From Gammaproteobacteria bacterium (GTDB taxonomy: Bacteria; Pseudomonadota; Gammaproteobacteria; Pseudomonadales; Azotimanducaceae): 64,000 nucleotides of DNA. The notes under the pieces are model-generated. The model did no database searches and was not told the DNA's origin. It saw only the letters and a program-made list of their open reading frames with translations. Location of the stretch: NCBI GenBank assembly GCA_009846005.1, contig VXYL01000070.1, positions 277,699-341,698 on the forward strand. The letters are read 5' to 3'. Position numbers and translations under genes: made by a program. Below are positions 37,489 to 46,964 of the stretch, one piece after another; positions within the stretch are counted from its first letter, which is position 1; each line of letters starts with the position of its first letter.

Positions 37489-38306
37489 TCAAACCTATGT
37501 GCGCGCTCGCGTGGTGCGTGTCCTCGATCACTTCGCCAGCCCTCGCCGCTTCGGAGAATGGCCAGGAACCAAGCCTCGAGCCCACTGTGCGGCAGCTCGA
37601 GAACGCGACACCCAAACGCGTCCTCTTCGTTGGCAACAGCTACCTGTACTACAACGACAGCTTGCACAATCACGTGAAACGGATCGCCGAGGAGATCGGT
37701 CCGTTCGGTCCCGGCGAATACCAGTACAAGTCCGCAACGATCAGCGGCTCTCGTCTGTCCCACCACGACGTCGACGGACTGCTCGAGCCGGGCCGGCTCG
37801 GAATCGACGAGCCGTTCGAGTTGGTGATCCTACAGGGCGGAAGCCGGGAAGTGCTGACGCCGTGCGCCCGTGCGGAATTCCATGCCAAAGCCATTGAACT
37901 GAACCGCAGGATCCGCGCCACGGGTGCCGAAGTCGCCCTCTACATGATCCACGCCTACGTGGAACCGCACGCCCTGTACGACCCCGGGATGTTCGACAAG
38001 ATCCAGCGTTCCTACATGCCCGCCGGCAACGAAATCGGGGCGCTGGTTGTCCCGGTCGGCCTCGCCTTCGAGCGCGCCTACCGCGCGCGCCCGGAGGTCC
38101 CGCTGCACGAGACCTTTGACGGCACCCATCCCAACATGTTCGGCACCTATTTGGCGGCATGTGTCGTGTATCAGAGCATCTACGGGCAGTCGGTCGTCGG
38201 CATCGAATACGACTATTTCGGCGAAGTACCCGAGGAAACGGCGAAGTTCCTGCGGCGTATAGCCGACGAGACGGTTCGCGAGTTCTTCGGACGCGACCAA
38301 CCGTAG
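37485..38306 (+). CDS. secreted SGNH/GDSL-like hydrolase-fold protein
   Basis: The signal peptide is MIKPMCALAWCVSSITSPALA, VLFVGNSYLYYND is block I-like, and DGTHPN is block V-like (DxxH). The start overlaps the upstream stop (ATGA). Confidence 0.6.
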   Translation: MIKPMCALAWCVSSITSPALAASENGQEPSLEPTVRQLENATPKRVLFVGNSYLYYNDSLHNHVKRIAEEIGPFGPGEYQYKSATISGSRLSHHDVDGLLEPGRLGIDEPFELVILQGGSREVLTPCARAEFHAKAIELNRRIRATGAEVALYMIHAYVEPHALYDPGMFDKIQRSYMPAGNEIGALVVPVGLAFERAYRARPEVPLHETFDGTHPNMFGTYLAACVVYQSIYGQSVVGIEYDYFGEVPEETAKFLRRIADETVREFFGRDQP

Positions 38307-38345
38307 CCCAGTCGAGCGGGGTCGGCGCCCGGCGGAAGTGGTAAG

Positions 38346-39539
38346 GTGTCGGCCACCGGGGAGACTGAAACCATGCAAGAGACCGCCGAGGCGATGCGAC
38401 CATCGGTCGCGGAACACGCGGCCGCCATGGCCGACTACATCCGCGAAGGCGAGCGCCGGGCGGAACAGATTAGCAACCGGGGTCCCATCCGCTTCTCGAA
38501 GGGGTATGCCCTCGCCGAGGAAATCCTATCCGCTTACTGGGAACACGGTTTCTACGTGTTCGAAAACGTGATCGATGAACGCGAGATCGTCGAACTGCGC
38601 GCCGACATGGCGCGGATGCTCGAACGCGCGCCTGTCCGCCGCGGGGCGGAAGTGGACGCGGCAGGCCGTCCGGCGTTAGGTATCGGTTTCAAGAGGCCCG
38701 CGTTCACGTTCATCAGGCCACTGAGCGACCCGGTGGGCGGCACGAGCCAGTTGGGTGGCCGACACCCGTCCAAGATGGTCGAACCCGACCCCGGCGAGAG
38801 TGCGCCGGAAGAGGTGTTGCACATGGCCTACGGGATGTGCCAGCACATGGAATCCGGGTTGCGGCTGTACGGACATCCGAAGCTTCTCGCCATCGCCGAG
38901 AACATCAACGGCCCCGACTTCACGCCGTTCAACGACGCGATCTTCATCAAGCAACCCGGCCTCGGTGGTTCCGTCGCATGGCACCAGGACGGAATCACGC
39001 ACTGGAAATCGCCAAACTGGAACGAGGGTATCCACGGCTTCAACTTCCAGGTACAGCTCTATCCGACGACGCCCGGCAATTGCCTGTGGGTCATGCCGGG
39101 CACCCACAAGAAGGGCAGACTCGACATCAAGGCGTTGGTCGAGAAGAACGGCGGCTCGGAGCGTCTCCCCGGCGCGGTGCCGCTGGTGTGCAAACCGGGC
39201 GACGTCACAATGGTGAACCGCCAGACCCTGCATTGCTCGTTCGCCAATACGTCGCCCGACCTGCGCGTCTCCCTGACCTTCGGCTTTCACCGACGGACAT
39301 CCGTCCTCGGTGCCAAGGGCGGGCTCGGTACCGAGGAAACCGTCGTCTACGACGAGCAGCGGATCTTCGACCGTTCGGCGGTCATCGCCGTCGGCATCGA
39401 CGCCAGAAGGCAACGATTCCGCGACGAGGAACCGTACCGTTACCAGCCCTTTGCCGGTCTGGAGGGCGACTACCGCTGGAGCCCCGAAACCTACGAACGC
39501 GTCATCCGCGACTACAACACGAAAGACCTCGGCATCTGA
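38346..39539 (+). CDS. phytanoyl-CoA dioxygenase (PhyH) family Fe(II)/2OG oxygenase
   Basis: VAWHQDGITHW carries the HxD motif. The overall PhyH-like pattern is present, and MVNRQTLHCSFAN carries the distal His. The start is either GTG at 38346 or ATG at 38373. Confidence 0.75.
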   Translation: MSATGETETMQETAEAMRPSVAEHAAAMADYIREGERRAEQISNRGPIRFSKGYALAEEILSAYWEHGFYVFENVIDEREIVELRADMARMLERAPVRRGAEVDAAGRPALGIGFKRPAFTFIRPLSDPVGGTSQLGGRHPSKMVEPDPGESAPEEVLHMAYGMCQHMESGLRLYGHPKLLAIAENINGPDFTPFNDAIFIKQPGLGGSVAWHQDGITHWKSPNWNEGIHGFNFQVQLYPTTPGNCLWVMPGTHKKGRLDIKALVEKNGGSERLPGAVPLVCKPGDVTMVNRQTLHCSFANTSPDLRVSLTFGFHRRTSVLGAKGGLGTEETVVYDEQRIFDRSAVIAVGIDARRQRFRDEEPYRYQPFAGLEGDYRWSPETYERVIRDYNTKDLGI

Positions 39540-39621
39540 CCAACGTCGTCGCGACCGACGACATTGCACGGGGTCACGCTACAATGCCGCCTTAGCCAAT
39601 CGTCCCCGATCCGGATCCACA

Positions 39622-40839
39622 ATGGCCATTGAAATCCGCCAAGCGACCGCCGATGAAATGGCGGAGTTCGGCATTCTAGGCGGCTACGTCTACGGCGGCG
39701 CGTTCGGGGACGGTCCCGACAACCTGATCGCCAGGGTGACACGGCCCGAGTGGACGCTTTGCGCGTTCGACGACGGCAAACTGGCGACGAGTTTCTCGAC
39801 CATCCCGTTTACGATGCGCGCCAATGGCATCGCCATGCCCCTGGCGGGCGTGTCCACGGTGGGTACGCAACCCGAGTATCGGCGCCAAGGCTTGGTGCGC
39901 CGCATCCACACCAAGGCGCTCGAGCATATGCGCGATGCCGGACAGCCCGTCGCGGCATTGTGGGCATCCCAAGCCGCGATCTATCAACGCTACGGCTACG
40001 CGATGTCGACCGTCCTGCGGAGCTATGCCGTCGACACCGTGGACATCCGATTCCACGACGGCGACGACGGCTCCGGTCGCGTCGAGCGAGTCGGCCTTGA
40101 TGACGGCTACGACACCATCAAAGCGCTCTACATCGAGTTCATCGCCGATCGGATGTGCAACATACATCGCGCCAAAGACCTATGGCTCAACAACGTTCTG
40201 GATACCGAGGAGGAGGACGGGCCCATTTGGGTTGCGGTCTGCCACGGCCGCGACGGGCACCCCAGGGGCTACGTCGTCTACACGCTGCGCGCCGACAAGG
40301 TGGACCATCCGTCCCGCGGCCAGGAGCTTCGAGTTCGCGAACTGGTCTGGCTCGACCAGGACGCCTACCGTTCGTTGTGGAGTTTCATCGCCAGCCACGA
40401 CCTCGTCGGCCGGGTCACCTGGAACGCCGCGCCCGCAGACGATCCCGCATTCGAGTTCTTCTACGAGCCCCGTCTGCTCAATGCCCGGGATCACGAAGGC
40501 GCATGGTTCCGGGTCGTCGACGCCGCCAACGCGCTCGCCGGGCGCGGCTACGACGTCACGACGGATCTCGCCATCGGCATCGAGCCCGACGCACTGACGC
40601 CATGGAACGACGGTGTGTGGCGACTTGAGACCAGTACGGAAGGAGCCCATGCACGTCCCATCAACGAGACGCCGGACATTCGCCTCAATGCCAAGTCGTT
40701 GACGTCGTTGTTCACCGGCTTCCGATCCGCCACGCAGCTTGCCAACTGGGGGTTGCTGGACGGCGACCGGGACGCGGTGGTGCGGGCCGATGCGATGTTC
40801 CGTACCCGCCACGCGCCGCATTGCCCCGATCACTTCTAA
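39622..40839 (+). CDS. GNAT acetyltransferase, Eis-like (GNAT + SCP2-like C-terminus)
   Basis: MAIEIRQATADEMAEF..., VGTQPEYRRQGLVRRI (acetyl-CoA motif) and the ~400 aa length are typical of Eis-type proteins. The track's N-terminal extension was trimmed. Confidence 0.75.
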   Translation: MAIEIRQATADEMAEFGILGGYVYGGAFGDGPDNLIARVTRPEWTLCAFDDGKLATSFSTIPFTMRANGIAMPLAGVSTVGTQPEYRRQGLVRRIHTKALEHMRDAGQPVAALWASQAAIYQRYGYAMSTVLRSYAVDTVDIRFHDGDDGSGRVERVGLDDGYDTIKALYIEFIADRMCNIHRAKDLWLNNVLDTEEEDGPIWVAVCHGRDGHPRGYVVYTLRADKVDHPSRGQELRVRELVWLDQDAYRSLWSFIASHDLVGRVTWNAAPADDPAFEFFYEPRLLNARDHEGAWFRVVDAANALAGRGYDVTTDLAIGIEPDALTPWNDGVWRLETSTEGAHARPINETPDIRLNAKSLTSLFTGFRSATQLANWGLLDGDRDAVVRADAMFRTRHAPHCPDHF

Positions 40840-40878
40840 CCCTCACGGGTATTCGCCTCCCCGAACATCAACCAACTT

Positions 40879-41610
40879 GTGACGCACGAGCGCCAAGTGA
40901 ACGCAAAGACGCTCAAACAACACTACGAGTCCGAGCTCGAGGCCAGATCCCGCCCGGGCGGCGGTGACAAGCGCCACGGTCGGCGGATGTTCCGCGCCAT
41001 GCTCAAGGCGTCCCAGGCGCTGCCGCCTTGCGAGCTAGACGCACAGGGATCGGTGTGGGTCTGGTCGGATCTGCACCTCGGTCACGACAACATCATCCGC
41101 TACACGAACCGTCCATTCGCCGATTCCCGCGCCATGGATTCGGCCCTCTACGACAACTGGGCGACGACGGTCGGGTGCGACGACGAAATCATCTTCGTCG
41201 GCGACCTCGCCATGCGCGCTGCCGTCGGCCCGCATACCTGGCAGCGCATCCGGGACGGCCGGGGGGCGAAGAAGCGCCTCGTGATCGGCAACCATGACCT
41301 TACCGGGTCGGGGAGTCTGCGCGTCGACGGGTTCAATGAGATCGGCGCGGTGTTGTTCGCGGACGGCGATCCGCCTCTCGTGTTCACGCACATACCATTG
41401 ACCCGGGTACCGGACGGTTGCGTGAACGTCCACGGACACACCCACAACGAGCCACCGCGCGCATCGAGGCATATCAACGTCTCGGTGGAGCAACTCGACT
41501 ACCGCCCCGTCGCGCTGCCGCGCCTCGGCGCCTTGGCGCGATGCCTCCTTGCAGGGCGCTATCCCGACGGCGCGACCACGCTGGAGCGGCTGAAGGCGAT
41601 CGGGTCGTGA
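40879..41610 (+). CDS. metallophosphoesterase
   Basis: Motifs present are VWSDLHLGH, VGDL, GNHD and VHGHTHN. The start is uncertain (GTG at 40879). Confidence 0.75.
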   Translation: MTHERQVNAKTLKQHYESELEARSRPGGGDKRHGRRMFRAMLKASQALPPCELDAQGSVWVWSDLHLGHDNIIRYTNRPFADSRAMDSALYDNWATTVGCDDEIIFVGDLAMRAAVGPHTWQRIRDGRGAKKRLVIGNHDLTGSGSLRVDGFNEIGAVLFADGDPPLVFTHIPLTRVPDGCVNVHGHTHNEPPRASRHINVSVEQLDYRPVALPRLGALARCLLAGRYPDGATTLERLKAIGS

Positions 41611-41637
41611 GCGCAGCCGGCGGCCATTGGCCACCGA

Positions 41638-42057
41638 TCAGTAGTCGTCCGGCGGCTTGCGCTGCCTCTTGACCTCGCCACGGTGCCGTTTGTCCGAGCG
41701 CCGTTTCGCCTTCTGCGACGACGACACCCGCGTCGGGACACGCGGTTTCGGAGTCTCCCGCGCAGCCGCGATCAGGGTGCCAAGACGTTCTAGCGCATCA
41801 GCCCGATTACGCGCCTGGGTTCGATGTTTCTCGGCGACGATCAATATCTCGCCGGCACCGGTCAATCGACTGCCGGCCAGCCGTTCGAGGCGCTGCCGAA
41901 CGCCCTGCTCGAGACCCGCCTGCTCGAGGTCGAGACGGCACTCCGCCGCAGTTGCGACCTTGTTCACGTTCTGTCCGCCCGGACCGGAGGCGCGCACGAA
42001 GTTCCAAGTCATCGCCGATTCCGGAATCGCCACGCCGCCGACTTCGATGGTTGCCAT
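41638..42057 (-). CDS. arfB: alternative ribosome-rescue factor / peptidyl-tRNA hydrolase ArfB
   Basis: The GGQ motif is in ASGPGGQNVNKVATA. The C-terminal tail is basic. Length is 139 aa. Confidence 0.9.
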   Translation of the reverse strand: MATIEVGGVAIPESAMTWNFVRASGPGGQNVNKVATAAECRLDLEQAGLEQGVRQRLERLAGSRLTGAGEILIVAEKHRTQARNRADALERLGTLIAAARETPKPRVPTRVSSSQKAKRRSDKRHRGEVKRQRKPPDDY

Positions 42058-42268
42058 CGCGTGATCTTCTCAACCTGGACAGCCGCGAGCGCGAGGTTAA
42101 GCCACCAAGCGCGGCCGGTCCATGCGGTGTCGGTGCGGCAGGTTGCATCGCCTACCGCTGTTCACCTACCGTTCGCACCGTAGCGGTACGACCGGAGCGC
42201 AGACGATGTCCGGTGTCGAAGCGATCCGCCCCGTGGACCGGATTGATCTCCTGGAACCACGCCAGACC

Positions 42269-43168
42269 ATGACGATATGCGGTCGCTTCCGCACGCGAGT
42301 GGCGGTGTGGACCGGCATCGCCCTGATCGGTGCTGCGGACATCACGATCGGGCAAACGGTCGTCGACGTGCCGTTGATGCGCGGGGCGGGACACCCGACC
42401 CAGCAAGGGTTCGTCCGGGTCACGGCAGTCGCGACGGGAACCATAGCGATCAATGCCTGGAACGACGCCGGGGAGGCCGCGTCCGCGTCTCTGTCCGTGG
42501 AAGGCGGCAGAACCGTCCACTTCAACTCCGACGACCTCGAGTTCGGCAACCAAGCCAAGGGGATTCCTGCTGGCCTTGGATCGGGCTTCGGCGACTCGTT
42601 TGTCCAGCTAAAGGCCGACTTCGAGTTTGTCGCCACCTCCTATGTGCGAACCGGCGACGGCTTCCTCACTGCTATGGGGAACATCCTCGTACCCGTCGAC
42701 GGGGATGCGTTCGGCACCGCATGCGTGTACGAAGCAAACATCTTCAACCCGGCGTCGAACACTGACCAGGTCAGCAGCCTGCGCATCGTCGAGCGGGCGG
42801 GCGACGACACGGCGGTCAACATCTATGGCGTCGATGACCACGGCATCACCCATGGTCCCGTGGGACTCACCGTGCGGGCGAACGGCGCTCGCACGGTGAC
42901 GTCCCAACAGTTGGAGCACGGTGACCCCAGCCTGACCGACACGCTGCCGGATGGTGCCGGAAAGTGGCGGCTTGCCATCGCTACGGACGGTGCCATCGTC
43001 GTCATGAACCTGCTGCAATCGCCCACTGGCCACCTTTCCAACCTCGGTCCGGTGGTCTTGTCCATGGATAGCGATTCCGACGACCTCGAAACCCCGCGAG
43101 GATGTACCGGCGCACCCCCTCACCGCCTAGTCGCCCGTCCCGGGCCGTCCGCCGGCAACCTGCGCTGA
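42269..43168 (+). CDS. secreted hypothetical protein with two tandem ~105-aa beta-rich modules
   Basis: The signal-like N-terminus is MTICGRFRTRVAVWTGIALIGAA. An internal repeat is visible by eye; see the findings. The start could also be 42206 or 42122. Confidence 0.5.
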   Translation: MTICGRFRTRVAVWTGIALIGAADITIGQTVVDVPLMRGAGHPTQQGFVRVTAVATGTIAINAWNDAGEAASASLSVEGGRTVHFNSDDLEFGNQAKGIPAGLGSGFGDSFVQLKADFEFVATSYVRTGDGFLTAMGNILVPVDGDAFGTACVYEANIFNPASNTDQVSSLRIVERAGDDTAVNIYGVDDHGITHGPVGLTVRANGARTVTSQQLEHGDPSLTDTLPDGAGKWRLAIATDGAIVVMNLLQSPTGHLSNLGPVVLSMDSDSDDLETPRGCTGAPPHRLVARPGPSAGNLR

Positions 43169-43178
43169 GGAGGCAACC

Positions 43179-43712
43179 GTGCGCTCGCATAAGACATGGC
43201 CCGCCGCAGCGATCATGCTCTTGGCCGCATGGGGGAACGCCCAAGACGACGACAGAGCACCGGTGATCGTCGACGGTCCCCGGGGTCCGGTCACGGTCTT
43301 GCCCCGCCTGGAGGCAGCGGGTCCGGAATCCATCGCGGCAGGCGATGTCCGCATCGAGATGTCGCTGGAAGCCGGGTTCCGGGTCTACCGGGCCCACCAG
43401 GACGGGCACACCCGTACGGTGTACGAGCCCGTGGGCACTCCCGGGCGACGTTACGCCTACGACGCGGCGGCGAGAAGATTCGAGGAAGTGTCGTCCACCC
43501 TGCGCGTGCGCCTCAGCGACGACGCAGACCTCGGCCGCGTAGCTGCCTCCGCCGGCGCCCTCCGGGCAAAGGACTATCCAGCCCTGGGCTGGGCCCTGCT
43601 GCAGCTTCCTCCGGAGTCCAACCCCGCGACGGTGGCAAAGACGCTGTTACGAGATTCGGTTGTCGTCAGTGCGGAAGTCACTCTCAAGGGTCCGATCCGT
43701 GTTCCTCAATAA
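43179..43712 (+). CDS. secreted hypothetical protein, C-terminal part prodomain (I9)-like
   Basis: The signal peptide is MRSHKTWPAAAIMLLAAWGNAQ. The C-terminus LRVRLSDDADLGRVAASAGALRAKDYPALGWALLQL..VAKTLLRDSVVVSAEV has the alternating pattern of subtilase propeptides. This is a weak, by-eye call. Confidence 0.45.
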   Translation: MRSHKTWPAAAIMLLAAWGNAQDDDRAPVIVDGPRGPVTVLPRLEAAGPESIAAGDVRIEMSLEAGFRVYRAHQDGHTRTVYEPVGTPGRRYAYDAAARRFEEVSSTLRVRLSDDADLGRVAASAGALRAKDYPALGWALLQLPPESNPATVAKTLLRDSVVVSAEVTLKGPIRVPQ

Positions 43713-43769
43713 CGATCGCCGGTTGGCCGTGCTCGCCGTTTCCCGCACCGACCGGTATTCCCGTTCCCG

Positions 43770-45842
43770 ATGATCACGTCCCTGCTCTGCCTGTTCCTCG
43801 CGGTGGGTTGCGGACCGGACGCGAAGCAGTCGATGGCGCCGGATCTCATCGTGTTCGCTGGCGACGCCCCGGTTCATGCCGATCGCATCGAGCTGCCGGT
43901 CTCGATCATCAACTGGGGCGCGGTACCGTCGTCGACTACGCAACTTCACGTCTACATCAACGAGCGACCGATCTGGAACGACTCGACCACGAGGACGCTT
44001 CTGGACGCCGAGGTGCCGCCGCTGGATCCGAAGACCTCCATTCGATTCGAGGTCGAAATCGCCCTCGATGAGCTCGAGCCGGACAGCCACTACTACCTGT
44101 TGCTGATCGCCGACGCTCTAGAGGACGAACGCAACGGCAGGAACCGGGACTACTCGGGCTTCTCCGTCGACGAGGAGGGCAAGCTCATCATGGGCTGTGA
44201 CCCGTCGGCGCCCCACGACGGCCGTGACGGGGCAACCGACCCCTTGTTCGACGAACAGTGGCACCTCGAGAACACCGGCCAGCGAGCGTATGCGGCAATC
44301 CGTGCTTCGGTGGGCGAGGATCTCCGAATGACGAACGTCTTGTCGTCCGGAACGCCGACCGGTGCTGGCGTGCGGATCGCAGTCGTGGACACGGGCATGG
44401 AACTCTGCCACCCCGACTTGGCCGCGAACGTGGAAACGGACGCTTCCTACAACTTCAACGCCAACGACTGGCACAACGCCGAGCCGGCAGAACCTTACCT
44501 GCCCTGGGCCACGGGCGACCACGGAACGTCCGTGGCGGGGATAGCGGCGGCAGCCGCATACAACGGAACCGGCGGCCGAGGCGTCGCGCCGGGCGCGGTT
44601 CTGCGGAGCTACAACATGCTGGCGGCCGTGGAGTCCGAAGGTGCGTACTACGACTCCCTGGGCGGGAGCGAGACCGACCCGGATTCGACCCTCGTGGACA
44701 TCTTCAACATGAGCTTCGGCACCTTGCCCGGGGAATTCGGTGTCGATCCCAACGAAGACCAACTGCTCCGCCACGGCGTCACCAATCTACGCAACGGCCG
44801 CGGAGCGCTCTACGTCAAGTCCGCCGGGAATGCCTTCAACGGCTGCGGATCCATTCGCCGCCCCGCCAACGCTCGCATAGGCTGCAGCAGTTCGAACAGC
44901 GCGTCGTCGCATCACTCCCCATATCTCATCATGGTCGGCGCCTTCGACGCCCAAGGAACGCGGGCAAGCTATTCCTCCGCAGGCTCCAACCTATGGATCA
45001 GCGCCCCGGCCGGCGAATTCGGTTACAACTTCGGTGCCATCATCACCACGGATCAGGTGGGTTCGGACCGGGGCTACCACGTGATCGCGAACTACGGCGT
45101 CCCGCCCGACGATGTCGACAATCCGCACGGCAACTACGTGAGTACCTTCACGGGCACATCGGCCGCCGCTCCCAACGCCAGCGGTGCCATCGCACTGATG
45201 CTCGAAGCCCAGCCCGACCTGACCTGGCGTGACGTCAAGTACATTCTCGCCAAGACCGCCCGGCAGATCGATGCAGACATCGAATCGGTGCAATACCTGG
45301 TGGGCGGTACCGTCTATACCGCACAGCTTCCGTGGATCGCGAACGCCGCCGGCTACCGCTTCCACAACTGGTATGGATTCGGCGCGGTGGCGGTGGACGC
45401 CGCCCTTGAACTCGTTGCCGGCCACACCCCCGACGCTCTCGGCGCGTTCGTGGAGATGGAAACGGCGCCCATGGCCGACGTGGTTTCGATTCCAGACAAC
45501 GACGGTGCCGGGATTGCTCAAACGCTTACCGTCGAAGGCGCCGCTGACGACGCCAACATCGAGGCCGTCACCCTGCATGTCGACATCACGCATCCGCAAA
45601 CCAACGATCTCGCGATCCACCTCACCTCGCCCTCGGGAACCGAGAGCATCCTGAACCCCATCTTCAACGACGCTCTGGCCGGCAACGCCGACCTGGCCTG
45701 GGACCTCCTGAGCAACGCCTTCTACGGCGAGTCGCCGAACGGCGACTGGACGATGCAAGTCGTGGATGCAGCACCGGAGGACGAGGGCACGCTCAATGAG
45801 TGGAGTCTCACCTTCGCCTTGGGGACGCATCCGGGGTCCTGA
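43770..45842 (+). CDS. S8 serine peptidase, kexin/furin-like, with C-terminal proprotein-convertase P-domain; lipoprotein
   Basis: The lipobox is LFLAVGC. The kexin-like entry is DPLFDEQWHLENTGQ. The catalytic residues lie in VAVVDTGM (Asp), DHGTSVAG (His) and GTSAAAPNASG (Ser). The P-domain reads VTLHVDITHPQTNDLAIHLTSPSGTESIL..NGDWTMQVVD..EGTLNEWSLTF. Confidence 0.85.
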   Translation: MITSLLCLFLAVGCGPDAKQSMAPDLIVFAGDAPVHADRIELPVSIINWGAVPSSTTQLHVYINERPIWNDSTTRTLLDAEVPPLDPKTSIRFEVEIALDELEPDSHYYLLLIADALEDERNGRNRDYSGFSVDEEGKLIMGCDPSAPHDGRDGATDPLFDEQWHLENTGQRAYAAIRASVGEDLRMTNVLSSGTPTGAGVRIAVVDTGMELCHPDLAANVETDASYNFNANDWHNAEPAEPYLPWATGDHGTSVAGIAAAAAYNGTGGRGVAPGAVLRSYNMLAAVESEGAYYDSLGGSETDPDSTLVDIFNMSFGTLPGEFGVDPNEDQLLRHGVTNLRNGRGALYVKSAGNAFNGCGSIRRPANARIGCSSSNSASSHHSPYLIMVGAFDAQGTRASYSSAGSNLWISAPAGEFGYNFGAIITTDQVGSDRGYHVIANYGVPPDDVDNPHGNYVSTFTGTSAAAPNASGAIALMLEAQPDLTWRDVKYILAKTARQIDADIESVQYLVGGTVYTAQLPWIANAAGYRFHNWYGFGAVAVDAALELVAGHTPDALGAFVEMETAPMADVVSIPDNDGAGIAQTLTVEGAADDANIEAVTLHVDITHPQTNDLAIHLTSPSGTESILNPIFNDALAGNADLAWDLLSNAFYGESPNGDWTMQVVDAAPEDEGTLNEWSLTFALGTHPGS

Positions 45843-45905
45843 CCCCAACGCGTCCACGGCAGGTCTTTCCGATTACGCTCGCTCTTCACCCGAAGGAATG
45901 ACGAC

Positions 45906-46661
45906 ATGCTCAGCACCCAAGACATCGAGCACTACCACACAGACGGCTACGTGATCCCGGACTTCCGGCTGGACGACGCGGTGCTCGACGACATCCGCGC
46001 CAATCACGACGCCCTGCTGGCCAAGCACCCAGAGTTCGCAGACTACTGTCCCGCCGTGCTCGCGTTCGATACCGGTTTCCTGAACATCGCCCGCATTCCC
46101 GCGATTCTCGATATGGTCGAGCAACTCATCGGTCCAGACTTCGCGCTGTGGAACTCGAGCTTCTTCGCCAAACCTGCCCGCTTCGGCACCAAGACACCGT
46201 GGCATCAGGACGGCGAGTATTGGCCCATCCGCCCGCTCGCGACCTGCTCGGTCTGGATTGCCGTCGACGAGTCGACGACGCACAACGGCTGTCTGCGCGT
46301 GGTTCCCGGTTCGCATCGCCGCCGTGAACTCCGCCAGCACGACTTCAACGGCGCCGAGGGTTTGAGCCTGCCGCTGGAACTTCGTGCCGAGGAGTTCGAC
46401 GAGGACTCGGCGCGGGACATCGCACTCGAAGCCGGGCAAGTCTCTCTGCACGACATCTTCCTGATCCACGGCTCGGAGCCAAACCGTTCCGACGCACCCC
46501 GGCGCGGCATGACGCTACGCTACATGCCTACGACGTCCGTGTATCGACGAGACCTCGCCGACGGTCGACGTGGAGGCCCGCTAGCCATGTCGGAGCGCAC
46601 CCTCTACCTCATGAGGGGAATCGACCGATCGGGAGAAAACGACTTTCGGATGCGTTCCTGA
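45906..46661 (+). CDS. phytanoyl-CoA dioxygenase (PhyH) family Fe(II)/2OG oxygenase
   Basis: The N-terminus is MLSTQDIEHYHTDGYVI, PWHQDGEYWP carries the HxD motif, and IHGSEPNRS carries the distal His. Confidence 0.8.
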   Translation: MLSTQDIEHYHTDGYVIPDFRLDDAVLDDIRANHDALLAKHPEFADYCPAVLAFDTGFLNIARIPAILDMVEQLIGPDFALWNSSFFAKPARFGTKTPWHQDGEYWPIRPLATCSVWIAVDESTTHNGCLRVVPGSHRRRELRQHDFNGAEGLSLPLELRAEEFDEDSARDIALEAGQVSLHDIFLIHGSEPNRSDAPRRGMTLRYMPTTSVYRRDLADGRRGGPLAMSERTLYLMRGIDRSGENDFRMRS

Positions 46662-46664
46662 CCG

Positions 46665-46964
46665 TTACAGGAGCCTGGGTTCCACCATCACGGGGCAGCG
46701 CTTGCTGAGCTCCCGGACAATGTCCTTGGACGTTTCGCGCAGCCGGCGGCGCACCGCTTGCTGAGCCTGGGTACCCTGGGCGTGCTTCGCCGCCTCCGCC
46801 ATGGCGTCCTCCACCGTCTCGTCAAAAGCCGCGAGGCGGCTCATCAACTCGTCGCAGGACATGGTTCGATAGTCCTCCGGACGTTGACCTTCGGAGCGGT
46901 TCATGCAGCCGCCCAACGCGATCACGCAAGCGGCAGCTAGCAACGCACCGCGCACAGGCGTCAT
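46665..46964 (-). CDS. small lipoprotein
   Basis: MTPVRGALLAAACVIALGGC contains a lipobox. The start overlaps the upstream stop (ATGA at 46961-46964). Length is 99 aa. Confidence 0.6.
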   Translation of the reverse strand: MTPVRGALLAAACVIALGGCMNRSEGQRPEDYRTMSCDELMSRLAAFDETVEDAMAEAAKHAQGTQAQQAVRRRLRETSKDIVRELSKRCPVMVEPRLL

